64,000 nt of DNA from the NCBI GenBank assembly GCA_964620495.1, contig CAZUHI010000012.1, positions 9,018-73,017 of the forward strand, in the 5' to 3' direction. Position numbers and translations under genes: made by a program. This DNA comes from an uncultured Rickettsiales bacterium (GTDB lineage: Bacteria > Myxococcota_A > UBA796 > UBA9615). A model generated the notes under the pieces. That model did no database searches and was not told the DNA's origin. It saw nothing but the letters and a program-made list of their open reading frames with translations. Below are positions 54,867 through 63,867 of this stretch, one piece after another. The stretch's first letter is position 1; every line of letters begins with the position of its first letter.

Positions 54867-56900
54867 GTGACGGAGCCGCCTCCGAACGCCCTACGTCGCC
54901 GGATGCGTGGCTTCCTGACGGTCGCCTGGGTCGTCCTCCTCCCGGTGCTCGCCGCCCTCGCGCGCCTGGTCGGGCACCCGGAGTACTACTTCGACGGGGA
55001 GACGCAGATCCCGCCGACCATCGGCCGCGAGCTCCTCCACGGGCACCTGGCCGACGCGTTCCACTACCAGATCATCGTCTACCAGGGCTCGCTGCTGTGG
55101 GACGCCCTGCTCAGCGCCGGTGCCTACGCCGTCTTCGGGGACCACCTGCTCGCGTGGCACGCCGTCCCCCTGGGCTACCTCGCGGGGCTCTCCGTGGCGG
55201 GGACCCTCCTGCTCCGTCGCCTCGTCGGCCCCGGGTGGTCCCTCCTGTTCCCGGCCCTGCTCGGCACGCTGCCCTTCTTCGTGAAGGACGGGTTCGTCTC
55301 CGGCATCGGCGGACACGCGCCCGGGGCCTTCTACGCGGTGGCCGGGCTCGCCGCCGCCGCGTACTCCGGCGGGGAGGGGGGCAAGCGACGGTACGCAGTG
55401 CTCGCCGGGCTCATCCTCGGCTTCGGGACCTGGTACGTACGCACCGTGCTGCTCGCCATCCCCGCGGCGCTGCTGCTCGTGGGGCACCGCGTGGTCGGTC
55501 GCTTGCTGCTGGTTCTTGGCCTCCTGTCGCTCCCTGTGCTGCTCGCCCTGAACGTCGTGGCGCTGCAGTCCGCGGGCAGTCACGCGGCCGCCCAGGGGAC
55601 CATCGAGGATCTCACCCGCGAGGTGGTCTGGAACGTCCAGGGGACGGCTCCCCACTCGGTCCCCGCGGCCACGAAGGTCCTCCAGGCCACCGGCCCGGGC
55701 ATCCGGACCCTCCTCTTCGCCCAGCCTCACCGCCACCGGACGGTCACGCAGTCCCACCGGCCCCTCGCCTACACCGCGGGCCTGACGTGGTCGGTGGCGT
55801 GGCCCGCGGGCCTGGTCCTCCTCCCCGCCTTGCTCCTGGTCCCCGGGATCCGCCGTCGCCCGGGGACGGTCCCCGGCGTCCTCGCCGTCTTCGCGCTGGG
55901 GGCGGCGTACGTCGGCGCCTATGCCTTCTCGTCGCTGAACCTCGACCCCGGGATCACGGAGTCGCTCCGCCAATACCCGCCGCTCCCCCCCGGCGTGAGC
56001 GGAGGTCGCTACCTCGTCCCCATCTTCGGCGTCCTCACGCTCTCCCTGGCCCTCGCGGTGGGTCTGCTGGGGACCCTCGCGCCCCGGATCGCCGCGGCCG
56101 CGATCGCTCCCGTCCTGGCCCTGGGCCTCATCCCCGCGGCCGGCGACTGGGCCTACGACCGAGACCCGATCGAGATCTGGCGCACGAAGCAGCCGCACAT
56201 CTACTCGGGGGCCTTCGGGCCGGGCCGGGGCCCCCCGCTCGAGGCCCACCTCGCCTGCGACGACCCCGACGAGCAGAGCCGGGAAGCACACCTGGAGGCG
56301 ATCGGCAGGTTCCTCGTGGCCGAGTCGGGCGAAGATCCGGCGTCGCTCGTCGCGTCTGTGGAGCGGCTGCGGGAGACGGGCCGGACGGACGAAGAGATCG
56401 GGAGGCTGGTGGGCAGCCTCGGGTCGACGATGATCCGCGAGATGCGCGGAGGCAGCCTCTCCTTCATGGAGGCGACCAAGCTCGTCTTCGAGACCGCCGA
56501 GGCGCTCGGCCCCGGACCCGGAGACGCCTACCTCCTGGGCACCCGATCGTCGTTCCGGGACGGGGGCCTGGACGCGCCGGCCGCGGACGTGGTCGACCGC
56601 CTCTGCGCGACGGCGCCGTCGGGGACGCGGCCCCTGTGCTCCTTCGCCGGGGAGGCGCTGGCGGACCCCAACGCCGCGCTGTGGCCCGACCGGCCCGAGG
56701 GCCTCTTCCGCCCCGGGATGCCGTCGTTCGACGGCCTCGAGCGCTCCACCCGGGACGCCTTGCTGTTCGGCGCCGCCGCAGCGATCACGAGAGGGACGCC
56801 CGGCGAGCTGCCCGCCGCCTGGCCCGAGGGCTGGGATCCCGAAGATGGGCGGACGTTCGTCCGCAAGTGGAGGGTCAAGGGCGGCCGCGTGGGGCCGTGA
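54867..56900 (+). CDS. Polytopic integral membrane protein with a soluble C-terminal domain (function unknown)
   Basis: Many hydrophobic helices in the first ~450 aa. GC3-rich. Starts 22 nt downstream of imuA. Confidence 0.5.
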   Translation: MTEPPPNALRRRMRGFLTVAWVVLLPVLAALARLVGHPEYYFDGETQIPPTIGRELLHGHLADAFHYQIIVYQGSLLWDALLSAGAYAVFGDHLLAWHAVPLGYLAGLSVAGTLLLRRLVGPGWSLLFPALLGTLPFFVKDGFVSGIGGHAPGAFYAVAGLAAAAYSGGEGGKRRYAVLAGLILGFGTWYVRTVLLAIPAALLLVGHRVVGRLLLVLGLLSLPVLLALNVVALQSAGSHAAAQGTIEDLTREVVWNVQGTAPHSVPAATKVLQATGPGIRTLLFAQPHRHRTVTQSHRPLAYTAGLTWSVAWPAGLVLLPALLLVPGIRRRPGTVPGVLAVFALGAAYVGAYAFSSLNLDPGITESLRQYPPLPPGVSGGRYLVPIFGVLTLSLALAVGLLGTLAPRIAAAAIAPVLALGLIPAAGDWAYDRDPIEIWRTKQPHIYSGAFGPGRGPPLEAHLACDDPDEQSREAHLEAIGRFLVAESGEDPASLVASVERLRETGRTDEEIGRLVGSLGSTMIREMRGGSLSFMEATKLVFETAEALGPGPGDAYLLGTRSSFRDGGLDAPAADVVDRLCATAPSGTRPLCSFAGEALADPNAALWPDRPEGLFRPGMPSFDGLERSTRDALLFGAAAAITRGTPGELPAAWPEGWDPEDGRTFVRKWRVKGGRVGP

Positions 56901-56903
56901 GGG

Positions 56904-57347
56904 CTACTCGGGGGCTTCGACGGTCACGCGGACGACGTACGTGACGATGCGGTTGTCGAAGGCGAAGCCGATGGTGCCGTCGTACTCGGCCTCGGCCGGG
57001 GACTGGAAGGTGGGTCCGACAGCCAGGAACGTCCCCTGGAGCGGATCGCCGGTCTCTTCGTCGTACTCGGTGGGGGGCACGACGCGCTCGCCCGTGGGGC
57101 AGCTGATGATCCAGCCCCCCTCATCGAGGTTGCAGGTGACCGTGAAGGTCACGTCCTCTTCCGTGTTGTTGCGCACGACGATCTGACCGGACGTCGACTC
57201 GCTGGGCTCCACCACCCCGAGGTCGAGCTCGCCGCCGCTGCCGCTCTCGTTCAGCGGGGGGTTCCAGATCAGCCCGGGCTCTTCGCCCGTCTCTTCACAG
57301 CCGACGGCCCACAGGACCGCCGTCGCCAAAGCAAGTCGCGCCCACAT
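56904..57347 (-). CDS. Small lipoprotein (hypothetical, beta-rich)
   Basis: Lipobox LWAVGC. Lies immediately downstream of the Hsp70 paralog on the same strand. ATG at 57347 is preferred over the TTG at 57356. Confidence 0.5.
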   Translation of the reverse strand: MWARLALATAVLWAVGCEETGEEPGLIWNPPLNESGSGGELDLGVVEPSESTSGQIVVRNNTEEDVTFTVTCNLDEGGWIISCPTGERVVPPTEYDEETGDPLQGTFLAVGPTFQSPAEAEYDGTIGFAFDNRIVTYVVRVTVEAPE

Positions 57348-57352
57348 GTCGC

Positions 57353-59197
57353 TCAACTCTCCGTGCCCGAGAGGCTGACGGACTGCACGCCGGCGTCGCC
57401 CGCGGACTCGGCCCGGTCGCGCAGGGAGGCGTGGTAGTTGCGAAGGAACTGGGACAGCTGCTTGAGGCTCGCCCCGTCGGCTCGCTTCACGAGGGCCATC
57501 CGGCCCCGCTTCAACGCCTGCTCCGTGTCGAAGATCTCGCGCTTCTTGAGCTTGACCTGGTTGGCGCGCAGGAAGTTCTCGAGGGAGAAGAGCTGCTTCT
57601 CGACGGAGTGCCGCAGCGACTCGACCTCCTTGTCCACCTCGTCCGACTTCTCGAAGCCGGCCAGTTCCTCGCGCGCGGTCTCCAGATCCTCCTGCGTCAT
57701 CGACGACGGGGAGTGGATCGTGATGCCGGTGCGTGCCCCGGTCTTCACGTCCCGGGCGCCGACGTTGACGATGCCGTCGGTGTCGATCGTGAACGTGACC
57801 TCGATGCGGGCGTGGCCCTTCGGGGCGGGCTCGATGCCGGTGAGCTCGAAGTCGCCCAGGGAGATGTTGTCCTTCGCGAGCTCCTCCTCGCCCTGGAGGA
57901 CGTGGATCTTCACGGACGCCTGGCTGTCGACGACCGTGGAGACCATCTGCGACCGGACCACCGGGACCGTGGAGCCTTTGGGGATGAGCCGCGCGGAGCG
58001 TCGACCCTGAACCTCGATGCCGAGGCTGAAGTTGGTGACGTCCAGCAGCGTGACGTCGGTGACGCTGCCGCCGAGCATGCCCGCCTGGACCGCGGCGCCG
58101 ACGGCCACCACCTCGTCCGGGTTGAAGGACTTGTTCAGCGGGCAGCCGAACAGCTCCTTGACCATCTCCTGGACCTTCGGGATGCGGCTGCTGCCGCCCA
58201 CGAGGATGACCTCGTCGATGTCCCCGGTGCCGAGCCGCCCCTCCTTCATCGCCTTGCGGCAGTCGTCGATCGTCTGCTGGAGCAGGTCCGCGACGAGGAA
58301 CTCGAAGGTGGCGCGCGTGAGCGTCGTCTGGAGGTGCTTCGGCCCCGTCTCATCGGCGGTGAGGAACGGCAGGTGGATCTCGGTCTCCAGGGCCGTGGAG
58401 AGGTCCATCTTCGCCTTCTCGGCCGTCTCGAGCAGGCGCTGCTCGACGACGGAGTCCCCGCGGATGTCGAGGCCGTTGGCCTTCTCGAACTCCGAGGCGA
58501 GCCACTCGAGGAGCCGCAGATCGATGTCCGAGCCGCCCAGGCGGTTCGAGCCGGCCGTGGCCCGCACCTCGGCGAGGTCCTTGTCGACGTCCAGGATCGA
58601 GATGTCGAAGGTGCCGCCGCCGAAGTCGAAGACCGCGATGGTGGCTTCCCGCCGGCGCTTCATCGTGTAGGCGAGCGCGGCCGCGGTGGGCTCGTTGATG
58701 ATCCGCAGGACCTCGAGCCCCGCGATGCGTCCCGCGTCCTTGGTCGCCTGTCGCTGCGCGTCCGTGAAGTACGCGGGGACGGTGATGACCGCCTGGTCGA
58801 CGATCTCGCCGAGGAAGTCCTCGCTCGCCTTCTTCAGCTTCTGGAGGATGAAGGCCGAGATCTGCTGGGGGGTGTAGGAGCGGCCCGCCACGGCGATGTT
58901 CAGCTCGTCGTCGCCCTGGCGCTCGATGGTGTACGTCACGCCCTTGATGTCGGCCCGGGAGTCGGAGAAGCGCCTCCCCATGAACCGCTTGACGCCGTAG
59001 ACGGTCGTCTCCGGCGACATCAGCAGCTGACGCTTGGCGATGTCTCCGACGAACCGGTCGCCGTCGCTCGAGAACCCGACGACCGACGGGGTCAGTCGCC
59101 CTCCCTCTTCGTTGACGATGACGCGCGCGTCCCCGTGCTCGATGGCACAGGCGACCGAGTTCGTCGTCCCGAGGTCGATGCCGATGATCTTGCCCAT
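57353..59197 (-). CDS. Hsp70 family chaperone (DnaK paralog) with a non-canonical C-terminus
   Basis: IGIDLGTTNS, DFGGGTFD, VILVGGSSRIP and the substrate-binding beta domain are conserved. The lid/C-terminal tail differs from DnaK, with no EEVD-like or Gly/Ala tail. Confidence 0.85.
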   Translation of the reverse strand: MGKIIGIDLGTTNSVACAIEHGDARVIVNEEGGRLTPSVVGFSSDGDRFVGDIAKRQLLMSPETTVYGVKRFMGRRFSDSRADIKGVTYTIERQGDDELNIAVAGRSYTPQQISAFILQKLKKASEDFLGEIVDQAVITVPAYFTDAQRQATKDAGRIAGLEVLRIINEPTAAALAYTMKRRREATIAVFDFGGGTFDISILDVDKDLAEVRATAGSNRLGGSDIDLRLLEWLASEFEKANGLDIRGDSVVEQRLLETAEKAKMDLSTALETEIHLPFLTADETGPKHLQTTLTRATFEFLVADLLQQTIDDCRKAMKEGRLGTGDIDEVILVGGSSRIPKVQEMVKELFGCPLNKSFNPDEVVAVGAAVQAGMLGGSVTDVTLLDVTNFSLGIEVQGRRSARLIPKGSTVPVVRSQMVSTVVDSQASVKIHVLQGEEELAKDNISLGDFELTGIEPAPKGHARIEVTFTIDTDGIVNVGARDVKTGARTGITIHSPSSMTQEDLETAREELAGFEKSDEVDKEVESLRHSVEKQLFSLENFLRANQVKLKKREIFDTEQALKRGRMALVKRADGASLKQLSQFLRNYHASLRDRAESAGDAGVQSVSLSGTES

Positions 59198-59362
59198 GTG
59201 CCCTCGATGCGGCCCTCTGGGGCCGTACAACAACCCAGGGTACCACTCGCTCCCCGCCCTCTTCAACGACACATCGCGTGGACGCGGGCGCGCGAACGTT
59301 GACACCGCCCGCCGAGGGCCGGATGCTCGCTCGACCGGGGCCCGATGGGCCCTTGCCGCGGG

Positions 59363-59439
59363 GCCCGGGTAGCCCAATGGGTAGAGGCAGGGGACTTAAA
59401 ATCCCCCCAGTGTGGGTTCGAGCCCCACCCCGGGTACCA
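59363..59439 (+). tRNA. 77-nt cloverleaf tRNA, anticodon UAA (would decode UUA Leu), short 5-nt variable region, encoded CCA
   Basis: Acceptor GCCCGGG/CCCGGGT. U8. D stem GCC/GGC with loop CAATGGGTAGA. Anticodon stem GGGGA/TCCCC with loop CT-TAA-AA. Variable region CCAGT. T arm GTGGG-TTCGAGC-CCCAC. A73, then CCA. Confidence 0.7.
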
Positions 59440-59463
59440 GTTTTCGCCGTCGACGGAGCCCTC

Positions 59464-60000
59464 ATGCGCCTTCTCCTCCTCCTCTCCTTCGGCGTCGTGC
59501 CGCTCGCCCTCGTGGGGTGCGACCCCCCGGGCGACGACGACGACAGCGCCGGTCCCACCCCCGGCCCCGAGGACTACTGCGACGTCGATCCGGCGTTCAA
59601 CTCGCCCGTCATCGAGAGCGTGGACGCGTGCGAGTGCGAGGGGACGGTCGACCGCTGCGAGGAGCTCGGCGAGGCCGAGGGCTCCTTCCAGACGCGCTGG
59701 GCCATCACCGTGAGCGACGTCGACGGCGACCTCATCAACCCGAGCTACCTGCTCGGCGTCGACACCTTCCCGCCCTACCTCAGCGGCCGCCTCGAGGGCA
59801 GCCTCGGCGAAGGCGGGACGCTCAACCTGGACATCCAGGGCTGCAACCTCTTCACCCGCGGCGAGGAGGTGCCCTTCTCCGCGCGCATGACCGACCAGGG
59901 GCGCTGCGAGAGTGAAGAGTTCCTGGGCGAGTGGTTCGTCCCCGAGCGCGAGGGCGACGACACGTGCCCGACCCTCTGCGCCGCCCTGGGTGGCGGCTGA
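59464..60000 (+). CDS. Cys-rich acidic lipoprotein (hypothetical)
   Basis: Lipobox LALVGC. Eight further cysteines. GGAG before the ATG. The stop overlaps the start of the MoxR-like gene. Confidence 0.55.
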   Translation: MRLLLLLSFGVVPLALVGCDPPGDDDDSAGPTPGPEDYCDVDPAFNSPVIESVDACECEGTVDRCEELGEAEGSFQTRWAITVSDVDGDLINPSYLLGVDTFPPYLSGRLEGSLGEGGTLNLDIQGCNLFTRGEEVPFSARMTDQGRCESEEFLGEWFVPEREGDDTCPTLCAALGGG

Positions 60001-60824
60001 TGTCGGGCTTCGACCGCTTCTCGGGGACCGCGAAGTACATCGCCGATCCGTCGCTCAGCCGGGACGTGAACGCGGCCGTCGCGCTCGGCAGGCCGCTGCT
60101 GGTCAAGGGGGAGCCCGGGACGGGCAAGACGCTGCTCGCCACCGCGGTGTCCGACGCGCTCGGCATGCCGCTCATCACCTGGCACGTGAAGTCGACGACG
60201 AAGGCGCAGGACGGCCTCTACCACTACGACGTCGTGCAGCGGCTCAACGACAGCCGCTTCGGCGACGGGGACATCTCGGACATCCGCCGCTACATCAAGG
60301 ACGGGGTGCTCGGCCGCGCCTTCAAGTCGGAGGAGCGGGTCGTCCTGCTCATCGACGAGATCGACAAGGCCGACCTCGAGTTCCCCAACGACCTGCTGCA
60401 CGAGCTGGACGCGATGTCCTTTCACGTGCACGAGCTCGACGAGACCGTCTCGGCGAAGCAGCGGCCCGTCGTCGTCATCACGTCGAACGCGGAGAAGGAG
60501 CTGCCGGACGCGTTCCTGCGGCGGTGCGTCTTCCATTACATCGACTTCCCGTCGCGCGACCAGATGGAGACGATCGTGCGCGTGCACTTCCCGGAGGTCG
60601 AGGACCGGCTCCTGGAGGCCGCGATCGTGCGCTTCTACGAGGTGCGACGGGTGCGAGGGCTGCGGAAGAAGCCGAGCACCAGCGAGCTGATCGACTGGCT
60701 CTTCGTGCTGATGCGCGGGGGCCTGGACCCCACCGACGTGGCCCGGAACCTCCCGTTCCTCGGGGCGCTGCTCAAGCAGGAGCAGGACACCGAGCTCGTG
60801 GAGCGGAAGCTGGGCGTCGCGTAG
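60000..60824 (+). CDS. MoxR/CbbQ-like AAA+ ATPase
   Basis: Walker A GEPGTGKT, Walker B LLIDEIDKA, sensor ITSN, and FLRR. Confidence 0.85.
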   Translation: MSGFDRFSGTAKYIADPSLSRDVNAAVALGRPLLVKGEPGTGKTLLATAVSDALGMPLITWHVKSTTKAQDGLYHYDVVQRLNDSRFGDGDISDIRRYIKDGVLGRAFKSEERVVLLIDEIDKADLEFPNDLLHELDAMSFHVHELDETVSAKQRPVVVITSNAEKELPDAFLRRCVFHYIDFPSRDQMETIVRVHFPEVEDRLLEAAIVRFYEVRRVRGLRKKPSTSELIDWLFVLMRGGLDPTDVARNLPFLGALLKQEQDTELVERKLGVA

Positions 60825-60827
60825 CCC

Positions 60828-61997
60828 GTGTTCGCCGACTTCCTGGTCTCGCTGAGACGTCGCGGGCTCCCGGTCGGGGCCAACGAGTGGCTCGCGTTCC
60901 ACGACGCGCTCGGCAAGGACCTGATCCGCGACCTCGACGACCTGTACGGGGTCGGCCGGGCGCTCCTGGTCCACTCCGAGGGCGGCTTCGACCCGTACGA
61001 CCTCGCCTTCGCAGAGACGTTCCAGGGCGCCGAGATCCAGGAGGTCGCGGACGCGCTCAAGGCGTGGCTCGCGTCGCCGGTGGACCCGTCGGGCCTCAGC
61101 CCCGAGGCCTTCGAGCAGCTCACGGGCATGTCCCTCGAGGAGCTCCGCCGGAAGTTCCAGGAGACGCTCGAGCAGCAGAAGGAGCGCCACGATCGCGGGA
61201 ACCGATGGGTGGGGACCGGCGGCACGAGCCCCTACGGGAACTCCGGTCGCAACCCGTCGGGGATCCGGGTGGGCGAGGGCGGCGGTCGCTCGGCGGTCCA
61301 GGTCGCCCAGGAGCGGAGGTACCGGAACTACCGGACCGACGTCACCATCGACGTGCGTCAGTTCAAGACCGCGCTGCGGGCCCTGCGGAGCCTCGGCCGC
61401 GAGGGCGAAGAGGTCCTGGACCTCGACGACACCATCGACGAGACCTGCCGGATGGGGGGGGAGATCGAGCTCGTCTTCAACCCCGAGCGCAAGAACACGG
61501 TGCGGCTCCTCTTGCTGATGGACACCGGGGGATCGATGACGCCCTACGCCCGCCTCGTGGATCGGCTCTTCACGGCGGCCTCGGAGTCGTCGCACTGGAA
61601 GAGCTTCGAGGCCCTCAGCTTCCACAACGTGCCCTACGGGCGGCTCTACACCGACATGGAGCGCCTCGAGGCCCAACCCACCGAGGAGGTCCTGCGGAAC
61701 CACCCCAAGAACACCAAGGTCGTGTTCGTGGGGGACGCATGCATGGCCCCCTGGGAGCTCACCGCCGTCGGGGGCGCGATCGGGCTGTGGGACCACAACG
61801 CGGCGAGCGGGCTCGACTGGGTCCAGCGGTTCCGGCGTCGTTTCCCGAACGCGATCTGGCTCAACCCCGAGCCGGAGCGATTCTGGCGGCACCCCACGAT
61901 CGAGGCGATCGGCAACGTGCTCCCCATGTTCCCCCTCTCCCTCGATGGCCTACGCGCCGGGATCAAGAAGTTGAAGCGGGGACCGGCGGTGCGTTAG
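60828..61997 (+). CDS. VWA domain protein, CoxE-like
   Basis: N-terminal F...LR..G..V family pattern. MIDAS-like LLMDTGGSM. Paired with the MoxR ATPase. Confidence 0.75.
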   Translation: MFADFLVSLRRRGLPVGANEWLAFHDALGKDLIRDLDDLYGVGRALLVHSEGGFDPYDLAFAETFQGAEIQEVADALKAWLASPVDPSGLSPEAFEQLTGMSLEELRRKFQETLEQQKERHDRGNRWVGTGGTSPYGNSGRNPSGIRVGEGGGRSAVQVAQERRYRNYRTDVTIDVRQFKTALRALRSLGREGEEVLDLDDTIDETCRMGGEIELVFNPERKNTVRLLLLMDTGGSMTPYARLVDRLFTAASESSHWKSFEALSFHNVPYGRLYTDMERLEAQPTEEVLRNHPKNTKVVFVGDACMAPWELTAVGGAIGLWDHNAASGLDWVQRFRRRFPNAIWLNPEPERFWRHPTIEAIGNVLPMFPLSLDGLRAGIKKLKRGPAVR

Positions 61998-62018
61998 CTT
62001 CCGCCGCGACCGGCGTGC

Positions 62019-62093
62019 TGGGGCGTCGACAAGTGGCAAGTCACCGGTTTTTGGTACCGGCATTCGCAGGTTCGAATCCTGCCGCCCCAACCA
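62019..62093 (+). tRNA. tRNA-Gln (anticodon UUG)
   Basis: Acceptor TGGGGCG/CGCCCCA (U1-A72, as in bacterial tRNA-Gln). Anticodon stem CCGGT/ACCGG with loop TT-TTG-GT. T arm GCAGG-TTCGAAT-CCTGC. Encoded CCA. Confidence 0.85.
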
Positions 62094-62213
62094 CACCGCT
62101 CCCCCCTCGCCCCGCGGAGCCGCGACTCGACGCCAAAAACGTTGACGCTCCCGGGGGACTCCTGTACAACGCGCTGCCCGCGAATCACCCCCGGTTCCGG
62201 CAACGGCTCCCCG

Positions 62214-63173
62214 ATGCAGTACGGCCCACTCAAGATCCTGAGCGGAAGCTCGAATCCGGACTTCGCCTCGCGCCTGGCTCGCTATGTCGACCAGGAGCTG
62301 GGACGCGTGGATCTGCGCCACTTCGCCGACGGCGAGGTGTTCGTCGAGATCCAGGACAACATCCGGGGCCGGGACGTCTTCATCGTCCAGTCGACCTGCC
62401 CGCCCGCCAACGAGCACCTCATGGAGCTGCTCATCATGTTGGACGCGGTGAAGCGCGCGTCGGCCGACCGGGTCACGGTCGTGCTCCCGTACTTCGGGTA
62501 CGCGCGGCAGGATCGCAAGGTCTCGCCGCGAACGCCCATCACGGCCAAGCTGGTCGCGGATCTCCTCCAGACGGCGGGGGCCAGCCGCGTGCTTACACTC
62601 GACCTGCACGCCGGTCAGATCCAGGGCTTCTTCGACATCCCCGTCGACCACCTGTACGGCACGCCCACCCTGATCGGCCGCATCCGCGAGCTCGTGGGCG
62701 AGCGCAAGGTCGTCATCGTGTCGCCGGACGCGGGCGGCGTGGAGCGCGCCCGGGCGTTCGCCAAGTACATGAAGGCCCCGATCGCCGTCATCGACAAGCG
62801 TCGGCTCCGCCCCAACGAGGTGGCCGAGATGCAGATCGTCGGCGACGTCCAGGGCAAGTACGCCATCCTGGTGGACGACCTGGTCGACACCGCGGGCACC
62901 CTCACGAAGGCCGCCAAGGCCATCAAGGACCACGGCGCCGAAGGCGTGTGCGCGGTCGCATCCCACGCGGTCCTCTCGCCTCCGGCGGTGGAGCGCATCG
63001 CGGGGTCGGTCCTGGACCGCCTCGTCGTCACCGACAGCATCCCGCTCCGAGCAGACGCGGCCGCGTGCCCGAAGATCGAGAGCGTCACTGCATCGCACCT
63101 CCTCGGGGAGGCGGTGCGCAGAATCCATCACGGAGACTCGGTCAGCATGCTGTTCGAGCCTCCGTCCGTGTAG
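62214..63173 (+). CDS. prs: Ribose-phosphate pyrophosphokinase
   Basis: KILSGSSNP, FADGE, YARQDRK, DLHAGQIQGFF, VDDLVDTAGT. Confidence 0.95.
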   Translation: MQYGPLKILSGSSNPDFASRLARYVDQELGRVDLRHFADGEVFVEIQDNIRGRDVFIVQSTCPPANEHLMELLIMLDAVKRASADRVTVVLPYFGYARQDRKVSPRTPITAKLVADLLQTAGASRVLTLDLHAGQIQGFFDIPVDHLYGTPTLIGRIRELVGERKVVIVSPDAGGVERARAFAKYMKAPIAVIDKRRLRPNEVAEMQIVGDVQGKYAILVDDLVDTAGTLTKAAKAIKDHGAEGVCAVASHAVLSPPAVERIAGSVLDRLVVTDSIPLRADAAACPKIESVTASHLLGEAVRRIHHGDSVSMLFEPPSV

Positions 63174-63186
63174 TCAAGAGGAAGTC

Positions 63187-63840
63187 ATGCAGCCCAACAC
63201 CCTGAACGCGGCCCTCCGCTCCAGCACCGGCAAGGGAGCCGCGCGCAAGCTCCGCGCCGCCGGCCGAATCCCCGCCACCGTCTACGGTGGTGGCGGCGAT
63301 CCCGTCGCGCTGGATCTCGATCCGGACGACATCACCAACCTCCGTCGCGCCTCCCTCGGTTGGAACACGCCCCTCGGGATCGTGGTCGACGGCGGCGACG
63401 ACGTCCCCCTCGCGATGCTCCGCGACGTGCAGAAGCACCCCCTCAACGGGTCGGTGCTGCACGTCGACTTCCAGCGCATCGACGAGACCACCAAGGTGAA
63501 CGTGAAGGTTCGTCTGGACCTCGAGGGCAAGGCCGCCGGCGCCGCGCTCGGTGGCCTGGTCAGCCGACCCACGCGGTTCGTCACGGTGGCCTGCCTGCCC
63601 AAGGACATCCCCGAGGCGATCGTCATCGACATCACCGAGATGCTGATCGGCGACTCGGTCATGATCGACGAGCTGCCCGTGGGCGACGGTGTCGATGTGC
63701 TGTTCAAGGAGCGTGTCCCCGTGGTCGCCGTGGTCGGCCGTCGCGGAGGCGGGCTCCCAGAGGACGACGACGAAGAGGGCGAGGGCGAAGAAGGCGCCGA
63801 GGCCGAGGGCGAGGGCGAGGGCGAGGAGGCCGCCGAGTAG
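63187..63840 (+). CDS. rplY: 50S ribosomal protein L25 / general stress protein Ctc
   Basis: R...GKGAARKLR..G.IPA.VYG, HVDFQR, acidic C-terminal tail. Conserved prs-ctc-pth context. Confidence 0.9.
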   Translation: MQPNTLNAALRSSTGKGAARKLRAAGRIPATVYGGGGDPVALDLDPDDITNLRRASLGWNTPLGIVVDGGDDVPLAMLRDVQKHPLNGSVLHVDFQRIDETTKVNVKVRLDLEGKAAGAALGGLVSRPTRFVTVACLPKDIPEAIVIDITEMLIGDSVMIDELPVGDGVDVLFKERVPVVAVVGRRGGGLPEDDDEEGEGEEGAEAEGEGEGEEAAE

Positions 63841-63867
63841 CGCGGCCGGACCTCCGCGGAGCGCGCC

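Noticed and set aside
59198-59470. Integration hotspot or genomic island next to the unusual tRNA, and next to tRNA-Gln at 62019-62093.
   Set aside because: There is no integrase, no direct repeat of a tRNA 3' end, and no compositional shift in flanking genes. The tRNA-Gln-prs-ctc-pth arrangement is a conserved housekeeping arrangement.
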